Positions 27,170 through 35,932 are shown, numbered from the stretch's first letter. The stretch: 39,428 bases of DNA from a virus (IMGVR_UViG_3300037047_000288:1-39428), one strand, 5' to 3'. Numbers and translations: made by a program. Notes: generated from the letters alone by a model not told the origin.

Positions 27170-30049
27170 TTAATCTTTTTTATAAAACTTTGTAGTAAAA
27201 CCGTCTGCTTTTAGTAAAAGACCAGGCGCCCAATGAATTGGCCGGCTCATGATTTCGCACACCTGGTTGAGATCCGCCAGGCTCTCTGACACGTCCAGTA
27301 CAATCTCATCATGGACGTGCATCACAATTAGGTATCCGGCAGTGGCCACCCGGGAAAGACTTTCGGCCAAACAGTCCCGGGCGATGGCCTGTACACAGTT
27401 ATGGACGATAAACGGGCCATCGTCGCCCATTACTGTGAAACGGTTTCTTGGGCCCGTGTTTAAGATGTCATAAATCGATTCGTAACGTCCGGAGGAGAGA
27501 ATAAAAGGTTTTCTGGGCAGTTGTTTTGTACGCGATAGGATAGAGTTGTAACCCCTATTCCGGACTTCTCTGCTGCTTCCGCCAAAGTCACTCTCCCCCA
27601 AGGAGTATTGATTAGTAAGTTGTTGCGTTTGTTTCTTCCTTGGGTTTTGTCTGATACCCAACGGCAGTTTTCCGGGCAGTAATTGCCATCTACATCTTTT
27701 CGATCGATTGACAGTCCCTGTTTGTAAGTGGGGTTCATATCCTCCCAAAACGCTTCGAAACTGTTTAGCCACCGATCGCACACTTTGATACCGCGTCCGC
27801 CGTAATTCTCCCATGCCTGGTGTGTCAGAAGAGTACAGCGGTCTTTCATGGACCGCCAAACTGCATAAGCAGGATGTTTTGACATTCCATGGGTAGTTCG
27901 TGCTTTTGAGATAGCCGCAGATCTTTGGCAACCACAAGATCTTTGTTTTCCCTTTAGAAATTCGGCGGCAGGCATGACGAATTCTTTTCCACAGTCGCAA
28001 CGGAAGGTCCAAAAAGACTTTTTCCCGTCTGATCCCGCGTAAGCTACTGCCGTTAGGCAGTGTAACTTCATGCCGGTAATATCCCTCGCACGATGATGCA
28101 TCACGCCACCCCTTTTCGGTTAAAATCAAATGTTCTGGTGTTAGCCGCACACCATTAACGCTAATCGTATTTTGCTGACCTTTACAAACAAGCCCTTCAT
28201 GTGTAACCCATTCGTTTCCATCCCAAAGTAAATCATCAGATTGGATTTTGTGCATTTGTACCCAGCCTCGGTGAGTGAGCACTTCCGTGTCCTCGGCGAG
28301 GCAGTTTTCAACGAGCTTCCCACCATACGTAGGGATGATCTCCCATTTCCGGGTCTGCTGGTTCACACCGCGGTAGTATAACGCTTCCCTGTTTCGTTCG
28401 TTTATTTCCAGAAAGGGTTTCGCGTAAAAAAGTTTTCGACCACTGGGCAGCGTTATGGTCAAGAAATCCTGATCCGTTGCGTAGTCACCTTCACGGGCTA
28501 TCAGCAATCCTTTAATACCTGTGGGTAGGCCCGTGCGCATAACATTTAATACGGCGTTCTCCAGGCTGTACCAGAGGTCTACAATCCTCTTGTTTGCGCT
28601 GCGCCACCGCTGTACAATCTCGGGTAATTCTTCTTCGGTGAGGCCCATATTCAACGCGCCCATGGAAATCAGCGCTCCCGCTGCCCCTTGGTAGCCAAGG
28701 GCTAATTCCGCCACTTTTCCTTTTTGCCGCAGTTCATATTCTGGATTCCCTTTTACGATTTTTTCTAACGGCACTCCGAACATCTGACTGGCAGAGGCCT
28801 CGTAGATCTTACCGTGAGTGGCGAAAACATCAAGCCGCCACTGCTCCCCGGCTAACCAGGCGATAATCCTTGCCTCAATGGCTGAAAAGTCCGCCACAAG
28901 CAGTGTGTTCCCAGGGGACGGTACAAACGCTGTCCTGGTGAGCTGAGAGAGCGTGTCCGGGACGTTTCCGTAGATGAGCTTAAGCGCGTCAATCTTTTTT
29001 AACCTGGTACACTCACGGGCATGGCCAAGGGTCTCAAGATAATTGCGGGGTAGGTTCTGCACCTGGACCAGTCTGCCTGCCCAGCGGCCTGTCCTGTTGG
29101 CACCGTAGAACTGAAGTAAGCCTCTAATTCTGCCGTCCGCACAGACCGCGGCATCCATGGCCGTATATTTTTTAACACTGGTTTTGGACAACTCCTGCCG
29201 GATCTCAAGCATCCGTTTTGCAGTCCCATCATTAGTAGCCTTGATGAGTTCTTTCACAGTATCCTTACGTAAATTTGTGATCTCTTCGCCCATTTCCTCA
29301 GTTAGCCACTTGGACAGTTGCTGAACGCTTTTAGGATTATCCAATCCGGACAGATGCACGGCCTCAGTCATAAGCTCGTTCGTGATGACCTCGTCACAGT
29401 AGAGGGCACCCGCAATTAATTCCTGATTCACGGCAACACCGTAAGCATTGATGCGCTGATCCAGTTCCCATAGTGTCTGCTCAGCAGCCGGCACCGGAAA
29501 CGCCGATAGCCTACGCTCGATTTCCATTTCCGTCACAACGTCCTGCCGGCAGTACTCTTTAAACAGCTGCCATTTATCCGGTTCGTGATGCGGAAGCGTC
29601 CTTGTACGGTGGCCGTTACTCTTTGTCGGTTTGCACGGCAGACAGAACGTACGAATGAGCGCTGATCCGGTACTTATTTTTCGTTTATTTTCCGGTAAGC
29701 CTAGCGCTACGGCTGTGGCTGCCAGGCCGGCTGTATAACCGCAATAGAGCCCGTGTAACATTGTACAGTGCCATTGCTCCAGCGGAGAAAGATAGAACTC
29801 ATTAAGGCAATACCACTCAAAAGGGGCATTGTAGGCGTGTTTAACTACGTCGGAATTATGCAGGGCTGATATAACCTCGTCCGGTAGGCATTCGCCCTGA
29901 GCTAGGTCTATAACCCGTACAGGCTCACCATCAAAGCTGTAAGCGAATAAGAGGATTTGGAAGTCAGGGGCCTGTACGTACTTATACAGGCCCGCTTTCT
30001 TCAGATCAACACTTGAAAATGTTTCGATATCTATGGAGAGGTGTGTCAT
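27170..30049 (-). CDS. polA: Phage family A DNA polymerase with intein
   Basis: ExoI DIETFS, motif A DFSAIEAR, motif B RQKGKVAELALGY and motif C HVHDE; interrupted at KLVEN|CVQAIARD. Confidence 0.95.
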   Translation of the reverse strand: MTHLSIDIETFSSVDLKKAGLYKYVQAPDFQILLFAYSFDGEPVRVIDLAQGECLPDEVISALHNSDVVKHAYNAPFEWYCLNEFYLSPLEQWHCTMLHGLYCGYTAGLAATAVALGLPENKRKISTGSALIRTFCLPCKPTKSNGHRTRTLPHHEPDKWQLFKEYCRQDVVTEMEIERRLSAFPVPAAEQTLWELDQRINAYGVAVNQELIAGALYCDEVITNELMTEAVHLSGLDNPKSVQQLSKWLTEEMGEEITNLRKDTVKELIKATNDGTAKRMLEIRQELSKTSVKKYTAMDAAVCADGRIRGLLQFYGANRTGRWAGRLVQVQNLPRNYLETLGHARECTRLKKIDALKLIYGNVPDTLSQLTRTAFVPSPGNTLLVADFSAIEARIIAWLAGEQWRLDVFATHGKIYEASASQMFGVPLEKIVKGNPEYELRQKGKVAELALGYQGAAGALISMGALNMGLTEEELPEIVQRWRSANKRIVDLWYSLENAVLNVMRTGLPTGIKGLLIAREGDYATDQDFLTITLPSGRKLFYAKPFLEINERNREALYYRGVNQQTRKWEIIPTYGGKLVENCLAEDTEVLTHRGWVQMHKIQSDDLLWDGNEWVTHEGLVCKGQQNTISVNGVRLTPEHLILTEKGWRDASSCEGYYRHEVTLPNGSSLRGIRREKVFLDLPLRLWKRIRHACRRISKGKTKILWLPKICGYLKSTNYPWNVKTSCLCSLAVHERPLYSSDTPGMGELRRTRYQSVRSVAKQFRSVLGGYEPHLQTGTVNRSKRCRWQLLPGKLPLGIRQNPRKKQTQQLTNQYSLGESDFGGSSREVRNRGYNSILSRTKQLPRKPFILSSGRYESIYDILNTGPRNRFTVMGDDGPFIVHNCVQAIARDCLAESLSRVATAGYLIVMHVHDEIVLDVSESLADLNQVCEIMSRPIHWAPGLLLKADGFTTKFYKKD
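27398..28303 (-). mobile_element. Intein (302 aa) in DNA polymerase
   Basis: Block A CLAEDTEVLT (Cys583), block B LTPEH, block F YDIL..., block G IVHN followed by extein Cys. Removal restores KLVENCVQAIARD. Confidence 0.92.
27460..28104 (-). CDS. HNH-type homing endonuclease overprinted in the +1 frame of the intein
   Basis: CDCG..SCGC, HGMS, W..M..RC, YGGRGIKVCDRW and SIDRKDVDGNYCPENCRW..QGRNKR motifs; own RBS AAAAGGGGTGG before GTG-ATG. Confidence 0.88.
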   Translation of the reverse strand: MMHHRARDITGMKLHCLTAVAYAGSDGKKSFWTFRCDCGKEFVMPAAEFLKGKQRSCGCQRSAAISKARTTHGMSKHPAYAVWRSMKDRCTLLTHQAWENYGGRGIKVCDRWLNSFEAFWEDMNPTYKQGLSIDRKDVDGNYCPENCRWVSDKTQGRNKRNNLLINTPWGRVTLAEAAEKSGIGVTTLSYRVQNNCPENLLFSPPDVTNRFMTS

Positions 30050-30063
30050 AACTGCATCCTCCG

Positions 30064-30999
30064 TTACTCCGATCTATCGATCCAGCTAAAATTGTTTGCG
30101 TCTAAATATGCTTCCAGTGCTAATAACTGCTCTTCCGTACCTGTAATTTCATATAGGCTGGTTATTTGTTTAGCCACCATTACGGGTGTGGAGATTCGAG
30201 TCAGAATCTGTTTTGGAGTTTCTGTAGACTCCGGATGCATAACTTCAATCTTGGGGGCTTCAGTTGCTTTAGCGACAAGAGCTTCTGCCGCTTTCTTTTC
30301 CCGCTCTTCTATTTGTTGTGCGTCAGAGATTATTAGCAGTTCGATTTCAGCAACTGACTGGTAGCTTAAAAGTCTTACGTATTGGTCAGGCATTAATACG
30401 TTTGATAATTGATATTGTGCATTGGCCAATTCTACTTTTGTTTTAATCAGATCAATATCCTGTGCCTCTTTTTCCTGCTGAGTTTTTAAAGTGTTTGCGA
30501 GGGCAGTTAGCTCGGTTTTGATAGTTTTGATGGGCTTCCCCTTGTTCAAATAGTCTTCTAAGATAATAAGCTGAACAGCATATTTTTCAGTTAGGTTATG
30601 GTCCAAAATCAGGGTGTTAATGATGCTTTTGACCTCTGCACGCTTTTTCTCTCTACGGTCGAGCTCAAACTGATCATGCTGTTTCGTTAGGGGCTGAATA
30701 ACGTCTTCAAATTTTCCGTAGAGTGATTTACATTGATTTTCAAAAAACGTCACGGATTCTGTGAGTTGCTTTTTCGTGGTTTTCCGAAATTCGTCAAGGG
30801 ACTTCTGCCCTTTTCGGAGTTCTGCAATAGTCTTTTTACAGTCTGCGACTGTGCTTTCAGTAAAGACTAAGCCTCTGTATTTGGTTAAAACTGAATCAAG
30901 ATGATCAGATATCTCTTGATAGTTGAAGTTGACGACAGCGGGCTTTATTTCAAGTATTCTTACGACTATTTCAGTAGATACCGTCTCTATTTTGCTCAT
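30064..30999 (-). CDS. DUF1351-like coiled-coil protein
   Basis: FNYQEI..KYRGLVFT..KKTIAELRK pattern; AT-richer. Confidence 0.7.
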   Translation of the reverse strand: MSKIETVSTEIVVRILEIKPAVVNFNYQEISDHLDSVLTKYRGLVFTESTVADCKKTIAELRKGQKSLDEFRKTTKKQLTESVTFFENQCKSLYGKFEDVIQPLTKQHDQFELDRREKKRAEVKSIINTLILDHNLTEKYAVQLIILEDYLNKGKPIKTIKTELTALANTLKTQQEKEAQDIDLIKTKVELANAQYQLSNVLMPDQYVRLLSYQSVAEIELLIISDAQQIEEREKKAAEALVAKATEAPKIEVMHPESTETPKQILTRISTPVMVAKQITSLYEITGTEEQLLALEAYLDANNFSWIDRSE

Positions 31000-31730
31000 A
31001 ACCCCATTACGCCCCCAGGCGGTATCGGTGCCCCGGTGATCGGGTCATATTGTTGGGGCTGTTGTGGTTGCACGGGTGCGTATTGCGGTTGCTGGGGCTG
31101 AACGGGTGCGTACGTTGGCTGTTGTGGGTAATTAGGTTGTTGTGGATAGGCTGGCTGTGCGTAAGCTGGCGGAGCTGCAGGATATCCCGGAGCGCCGCCG
31201 AAGTCATCGGCAGCCGTTGTACGTCCGCCAAGCGGTTCTCCGTCCTCCATCTTCTGAACGTTTCGAAGGCCGCAGCCGATACCTTTCTTGCCGCCGGTCG
31301 CGTAGGGAAAGAAGGTAAGTGATACGCGGGCATAGATACCGCTGTAAACATCCGTTTGCTGAATAATGGGGTTCAGGTTCAGGTCTACTACCTGCGGGGC
31401 CTGTTTCGATGACGCGGTAAACACCCAACGGCCTTTACATTCGTCGCTAAAAGGCATGCCGTCACTGGGACGGACCCCGTCTCCATCATGGATAGGGATG
31501 GCCACTTGCGGGGGACGCATACTATTCCACCGGGAAGAAACACCGGCCTGAATGGCCGCCTGAATAGCGGCATCGATTCTCTGTTTCGTTGCTATGTCTG
31601 ATTTAGGGAGCAAGATAGTGACACTATACTTCGGTTCTCCGCCGTTCTGGTTTACACGTGGCTGAAACAAGTGTACATATGACAGTCTTACTCTTCCGGT
31701 TACAACGTGTTGCGGGTTCGGATTAGTCAT
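30996..31730 (-). CDS. ssDNA-binding protein (DUF2815 / T7 gp2.5-like)
   Basis: VRLSYVHLF, KYSVTILLPK, YSGIYARV and NVQKMEDGEPLGG motifs; ATG after GGAGG; P/Q-rich tail. Confidence 0.88.
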   Translation of the reverse strand: MTNPNPQHVVTGRVRLSYVHLFQPRVNQNGGEPKYSVTILLPKSDIATKQRIDAAIQAAIQAGVSSRWNSMRPPQVAIPIHDGDGVRPSDGMPFSDECKGRWVFTASSKQAPQVVDLNLNPIIQQTDVYSGIYARVSLTFFPYATGGKKGIGCGLRNVQKMEDGEPLGGRTTAADDFGGAPGYPAAPPAYAQPAYPQQPNYPQQPTYAPVQPQQPQYAPVQPQQPQQYDPITGAPIPPGGVMGL

Positions 31731-31731
31731 T

Positions 31732-32907
31732 TTAGTTACCTCCAGTTTCGTTTTTAAAATCCTCTTCGGCACTTGTCCGTACGATCGCTTCGCGTTTGTC
31801 GCTTGCTACCACCAGTGTCGGTTTACCTGGCGGTGTGTTTACAAGTTCGACTAACAATTCCTTGAATTTTACTTTACCGATTAACTTTTCAGTGGCGGCC
31901 AATGTGATAGGTCTGTTTTCGTATAACAGGGCTTTTTCATAACCGTTTTCAAGTAGCACATTGAACGCCTGGTCGTGGTCTATGAATTGTCTGACGCTCC
32001 TCCCCTCTACGGCCTTCCAGCCTGGAATTTCATTACCGGCCAGGCATTCAGTAAGGGCGTATTCCTCTAGGTCAGAAATCCACTTAGCAAGATTCCGCGC
32101 CTTAACAAGGATCTGGCCAACTTCCTCGTTGCTTATGAGCGGGGGCAGCATCAGTTGATGTTCAGCCTCTATTGCAACGTGGAAGTCTGTTCTCGCCCTG
32201 CATAGTGCTTTAGCTCGACAAAAGCGACAGTGGTCTCCGGAAACAAATTCCCCTTCTCCCTTAAACGCTTTTTCGGCTGCCGGCACCACCGTGCTTGTTG
32301 CCCAGTACAACAGGTCGTGAATCGCGATCTCGTATTCGGATATGCTATCCAGCCTGGGCTGTACGATGGCGATTTTTACCGTGTCAATGGCGTACAGGAT
32401 GGAGTATTCAGACAGTGCACCCAGTGCGTATAGCATCATTTGAGAATTTTCCTCTGCGCCCACCGGCACGCCCTTACCGTATTTGAAGTCAATAACATGG
32501 AGGGTGCATCCGCTTATGATGATACAGTCTCCCGTACCAAAGCCTTCGGGTACATAGGTGCTGTAGTCCAGCCGTTTTTCCACAGCGATGTAAGGGGTGG
32601 CGGAGAATCCATGTACAATACCAGACACATAATCTAAATAGGCATCAGTGTGTGTGAGCATTTCAGGATGGTACAGCGGGTTTTCTTGAAACTTTTTTAA
32701 CTGGTTGTTGAACTTACGCGGGCCCATGGGTTCAGTAAAGGCTTTGCGCAGTTTCAGTTCCGCAATGTCGTGTGCCAGCCGGCCCTCTTCGGCGTATTCG
32801 CTAGTTGTTTCCGGAATCGTCTCTTCTAGCCGTGCCGACGGTGTGCATGGTAACCACCGATGCGCCCCGCTGGCAGAGAGCAGGGCATGCTCCCTTTCTC
32901 CGCTCAT
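31732..32907 (-). CDS. DUF2800 Cas4-like PD-(D/E)XK nuclease
   Basis: HALLSASGAHRW, FGTGDC, DFKYGKG, Q..LYA and HCRFCRAKALC motifs. Confidence 0.9.
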   Translation of the reverse strand: MSGEREHALLSASGAHRWLPCTPSARLEETIPETTSEYAEEGRLAHDIAELKLRKAFTEPMGPRKFNNQLKKFQENPLYHPEMLTHTDAYLDYVSGIVHGFSATPYIAVEKRLDYSTYVPEGFGTGDCIIISGCTLHVIDFKYGKGVPVGAEENSQMMLYALGALSEYSILYAIDTVKIAIVQPRLDSISEYEIAIHDLLYWATSTVVPAAEKAFKGEGEFVSGDHCRFCRAKALCRARTDFHVAIEAEHQLMLPPLISNEEVGQILVKARNLAKWISDLEEYALTECLAGNEIPGWKAVEGRSVRQFIDHDQAFNVLLENGYEKALLYENRPITLAATEKLIGKVKFKELLVELVNTPPGKPTLVVASDKREAIVRTSAEEDFKNETGGN

Positions 32908-33314
32908 ATTCTCGCCCCCAGGGCACGTAGTTCTGTTGCAAACGTCCCGTACTGTTCCTTGGGTAGCAAGGTCAACGCTTGTACTCCGAACTTGGCCAAT
33001 AGTGAGACCAGGTCTGTTCTCTTCCCCGCGTCCATCAGCTGTGTGGCCGCCACGGCCAGTTGCTCCAGGGTGTAGGATTGTGCCGTAATAGGAACACCAG
33101 CGGATGCCGGTGCCGGCTCAGCTGCGGGCACCGGTCCGGTAACTGGTACAGCAACCGGCTGCGGCGGCACCAGTGTAAGGTTTGGTCCAGGTGCAGACGC
33201 TGGCGGGGACGCAGCGGTCCCTGTGGTTGTTGCTTGTCCGCTCATGGCCCACGCCAAAGTACTAATTGATGCCGCCAATTCGGATAACCCCGGGATGTTA
33301 ACAATGATTTCCAT
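32904..33314 (-). CDS. Conserved replication-module protein
   Basis: Pro/Ala linker and C-terminal helical domain (YTLEQL..LLAKFG..L..EQY); usual position before DUF2800. Confidence 0.7.
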   Translation of the reverse strand: MEIIVNIPGLSELAASISTLAWAMSGQATTTGTAASPPASAPGPNLTLVPPQPVAVPVTGPVPAAEPAPASAGVPITAQSYTLEQLAVAATQLMDAGKRTDLVSLLAKFGVQALTLLPKEQYGTFATELRALGARI

Positions 33315-33344
33315 ATTGTTTTTCTCCTCTCATTTTGAGTAGTA

Positions 33345-33445
33345 GGGGCGGACAGGGAATCGAACCCTGCAAGGCACTTTTTCAGCCTGCGGTACCTGGG
33401 AACTACCCAGGGGATGCATGCGTTTACTCATTCCGCCACCCGCCA
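33345..33445 (-). ncRNA. tRNA-like element with aberrant anticodon arm
   Basis: Acceptor TGGCGGG/TCCGCCC, D arm GCG-GAATGAGTAAA-CGC, T arm CAGGG-TTCGATT-CCCTG and a long variable arm; no encoded CCA. Confidence 0.65.
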
Positions 33446-33532
33446 CATATCATTATCCGCTCCACGGCCTGGCCAAAGCCCCTCACCACAACCTACCCCA
33501 TCCGGTGCCGGTGGACGCAGACAATACTTGCG

Positions 33533-33730
33533 TTATGCTATTGAATCGGGTATACTGAAATTGAAAATTTTACAAGCTGTTTTGGTTGGGATCGTCTTTG
33601 TTGAGACGGTCTTTTTCTTTTTATACTGTTTCAAGCTGATCACTTTCCCCGGATATAACCGCTCCGCCAAGTATGCAGACAGGTCACAAACCTTTCCGCT
33701 GAAAAGCAACATATTTTTTCTCCTTTCCAA
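33533..33730 (-). CDS. Small hypothetical early protein
   Basis: Probable start MLLFSGK after AGGAG. Confidence 0.45.
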   Translation of the reverse strand: MERRKNMLLFSGKVCDLSAYLAERLYPGKVISLKQYKKKKTVSTKTIPTKTACKIFNFSIPDSIA

Positions 33731-33747
33731 CCCGGCTTGTCTAACTA

Positions 33748-33915
33748 TCAGCCGGCATTTTTCACTGTGCCCGTTTCATCCACTACCTTCATCAGTGCTA
33801 GAAGCCTAATGTCTACTGCAACCTGTACTGCAGTAGGGGCTGCGTCATATCCTGGAGTACGTTTCCAGGCACGAATCTGGTCAATCTGATGGTGGTAGTA
33901 CTCAATTGTGTCCAC
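33748..33915 (-). CDS. Small hypothetical protein (55 aa, not in the ORF track)
   Basis: AGGAG RBS and GTG; MDTIEYYHHQIDQIRAWKRTPGY... Confidence 0.5.
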   Translation of the reverse strand: MDTIEYYHHQIDQIRAWKRTPGYDAAPTAVQVAVDIRLLALMKVVDETGTVKNAG

Positions 33916-34063
33916 GGCTTTCTCCTTCCGCCCTAACCATGGCCCTGGCTCGGCTTATAAAGCACACAAGACAGGCGATAGTGCCGTCAAGATACTGTTT
34001 AAAACGTCCGCGCTTTGCTTGATCCTCGGTTATCAGGGCACCACAGTAGTCACATTTTTTCAA
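33902..34063 (-). CDS. Small Zn-finger protein (53 aa, not in the ORF track)
   Basis: AAGGAG RBS and TTG; MKKCDYC...CLVC. Confidence 0.55.
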   Translation of the reverse strand: MKKCDYCGALITEDQAKRGRFKQYLDGTIACLVCFISRARAMVRAEGESRGHN

Positions 34064-34135
34064 CTTCCGTACTCCTTTCTCCCCGGTTAACGGTGACCTT
34101 CCACCTGTGATGTAACGCCATACGTGACGAGCTCA

Positions 34136-34294
34136 TCACCTCACGCAACTGTCTCCCTCCTTCCAGCTTGGGATAAAATACGGATTTTCAAATTCTTTCT
34201 GACAATGGATGCAAGCTACCATAGGCTTATCTCTGTCATCCCAGGCGCTGTACATGGATTGTTCGCAATGGGGACAACTCCAGCGGACCGCCAT
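34136..34294 (-). CDS. Small Zn-ribbon protein (52 aa, not in the ORF track)
   Basis: GAGGAG RBS; MAVRWSCPHC...CIHCQKEFENPY. Confidence 0.6.
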   Translation of the reverse strand: MAVRWSCPHCEQSMYSAWDDRDKPMVACIHCQKEFENPYFIPSWKEGDSCVR

Positions 34295-34300
34295 TAAAGA

Positions 34301-34525
34301 TCAACTCCTCTCAAACGGAAAATACGGCTTTCTGTCTCCGGTCTCATGATGTAAAGCGTAGGTAACCAGCGGTATAACATCAGTGCGACCGTCTTCTATG
34401 TGTTTCTTAATCCAGTTCATTAAAGCGTTTTCGTATTCGTCACTGTGCACATACCCTGGGAGATCAATCCACGTACTACGTATATAATCCAGTTGGTCTT
34501 TGGCCGTGATGATTAATTCATCCAT
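34301..34525 (-). CDS. Hypothetical protein
   Basis: 74 aa with a strong RBS. Confidence 0.55.
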   Translation of the reverse strand: MDELIITAKDQLDYIRSTWIDLPGYVHSDEYENALMNWIKKHIEDGRTDVIPLVTYALHHETGDRKPYFPFERS

Positions 34526-34542
34526 CGAACACCACCCCTCCC

Positions 34543-35088
34543 TTACCCGGCCAACTGCAGGTCGGGCTTTTTTGGATCGTAATAGTGCTTATCAACTACC
34601 TTCCGGTTGTGATCCCGGACCAACTCTTCCACGTCCATAAAATCCCACAGGCGCATCTTCAGCGTTTCGACCACGTGCTCAATATCCAACATTTCCAGTG
34701 CCCAGTGGTAGAGCTCCCGCAGTTCGGCGTCCGTGCAGTCCGCGGCGCCCTTTTTGTTAAGAAAGAGCAGCGCCATGTTCTCCAAGGCTTCGTGTGCTTC
34801 GCGCTCTTCCTGCCGGTACTTGGTCAGGATGGCCGTTGGGTTCAGGTCGACGTTATTCAAGATTTCAAAGCAGTACAGCCTTCCAATATCGCAGCCTTTA
34901 CGGCACCAGACCATGGTAAGCGTCGGGCGGTTCAGGATCCTGGAGAGCTTAACCACCAGATCCGTGTTCAACGGCAGAACGCCATTCTCATAGCGCTGAT
35001 AGTTTGATATACTCATATGCACCGCCCTGGCCACCGTGGCCTGGGTGAGACCTGCGCGCTCCCTGGCGCCCTTGATCAGTTCGTGCAT
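34543..35088 (-). CDS. XRE-family HTH regulator
   Basis: ARERAGLTQATVARAVHMSISNYQRYENG. Confidence 0.85.
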   Translation of the reverse strand: MHELIKGARERAGLTQATVARAVHMSISNYQRYENGVLPLNTDLVVKLSRILNRPTLTMVWCRKGCDIGRLYCFEILNNVDLNPTAILTKYRQEEREAHEALENMALLFLNKKGAADCTDAELRELYHWALEMLDIEHVVETLKMRLWDFMDVEELVRDHNRKVVDKHYYDPKKPDLQLAG

Positions 35089-35163
35089 CCATGTTCCCTC
35101 CTTTCATTCAAAATTTGGTGTGCCGGTCGGGTTGAATACCCGGCGGGTTGTTATAAGATATTG

Positions 35164-35514
35164 TCAATACCGCGGGTGGTCAGGTATCTTCCAGTGTGCG
35201 TGCAGCTCCCTCACGGCCGCCGCCAGCGTTGCTGCGTCCACTTCATTTTCCAGGCCGATGTAGTTCATGACGTCAAAACGGTTGCAGCAGGATGGGACAA
35301 TACCGGCTCGCTGCCAATTGGGCAGAGATACCAGGATGCCGCCGGGGACGCGGGATAGAAAAGTATCCAGGCTGGTGTCACGACCGGTAATTGTATAGCC
35401 GCCGCAGTTAAAACCGTGCATAGGCTTGATGTTGACCGGCCAGGTTGTTTTGTTATTGGTAGCTGTGATGGCAATGGCGTTGCCTTGAGTTTGGTATGGG
35501 GCTTGGGCTTCCAA
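35164..35514 (-). CDS. Hypothetical protein
   Basis: GGAGGTG RBS; 116 aa. Confidence 0.6.
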   Translation of the reverse strand: MEAQAPYQTQGNAIAITATNNKTTWPVNIKPMHGFNCGGYTITGRDTSLDTFLSRVPGGILVSLPNWQRAGIVPSCCNRFDVMNYIGLENEVDAATLAAAVRELHAHWKIPDHPRY

Positions 35515-35543
35515 TTAGTTCACCTCCTCGTAAAATGGTAATA

Positions 35544-35642
35544 TTAACTAAATGCTACATAGCTTACGATAGCCAGCGCCACGACGACCACCATCCAGGC
35601 ATTCCGGTCGTCCTGCAGCCAGGCTATCAGTTTAGCGTACAC
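35544..35642 (-). CDS. Small membrane peptide (32 aa, not in the ORF track)
   Basis: GGAGGTG RBS and GTG; MYAKLIAWLQDDRNAWMVVVVALAIVSYVAFS*. Confidence 0.45.
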   Translation of the reverse strand: MYAKLIAWLQDDRNAWMVVVVALAIVSYVAFS

Positions 35643-35932
35643 GGCTCCACCTCCCTGATCGTAATATCCGCCGTCCTAGACTCCACGAAATGAGCCAGGT
35701 GGTCTTCATCCCGGAAGATCAACCCTGTCCCCAGCAGGATCACTGCCTGGCGGTCAATCCTTACGCCACATCCACACGAACAGATTCCCGGAAACTGTTC
35801 GCCGCGGAACTCGATGGTCTCCCGGCCTTTCTGCAGCAGCTGAATCACCTTGGCCAAAACTTTTCTCACCTCCGGGTATTCGGTTTTGTCGTACACATCT
35901 TGTGCCGCTTGCAGGATCTTGTCGTCTGACAC
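35627..35932 (-). CDS. Hypothetical protein
   Basis: 101 aa with a CSCGCG motif; GGAGG RBS. Confidence 0.55.
   Translation of the reverse strand: MSDDKILQAAQDVYDKTEYPEVRKVLAKVIQLLQKGRETIEFRGEQFPGICSCGCGVRIDRQAVILLGTGLIFRDEDHLAHFVESRTADITIREVEPCTLN

Noticed and set aside
27398-28303. Group I intron interpretation of the polA insertion
   Set aside because: The insertion is in-frame and stop-free, with canonical intein blocks at both ends.
28141-28326. 61-aa alternative-frame ORF at the intein start
   Set aside because: Short, no motif, and not connected to the HNH frame.
31732-32907. Cas4-like gene as evidence of CRISPR-Cas
   Set aside because: DUF2800 is a standard phage replication-module nuclease; no array or other cas genes.
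33345-33445. Canonical tRNA gene or att site
   Set aside because: No standard 5-bp stem/7-nt loop anticodon arm in the correct position, no duplicate in the window and no adjacent integrase.
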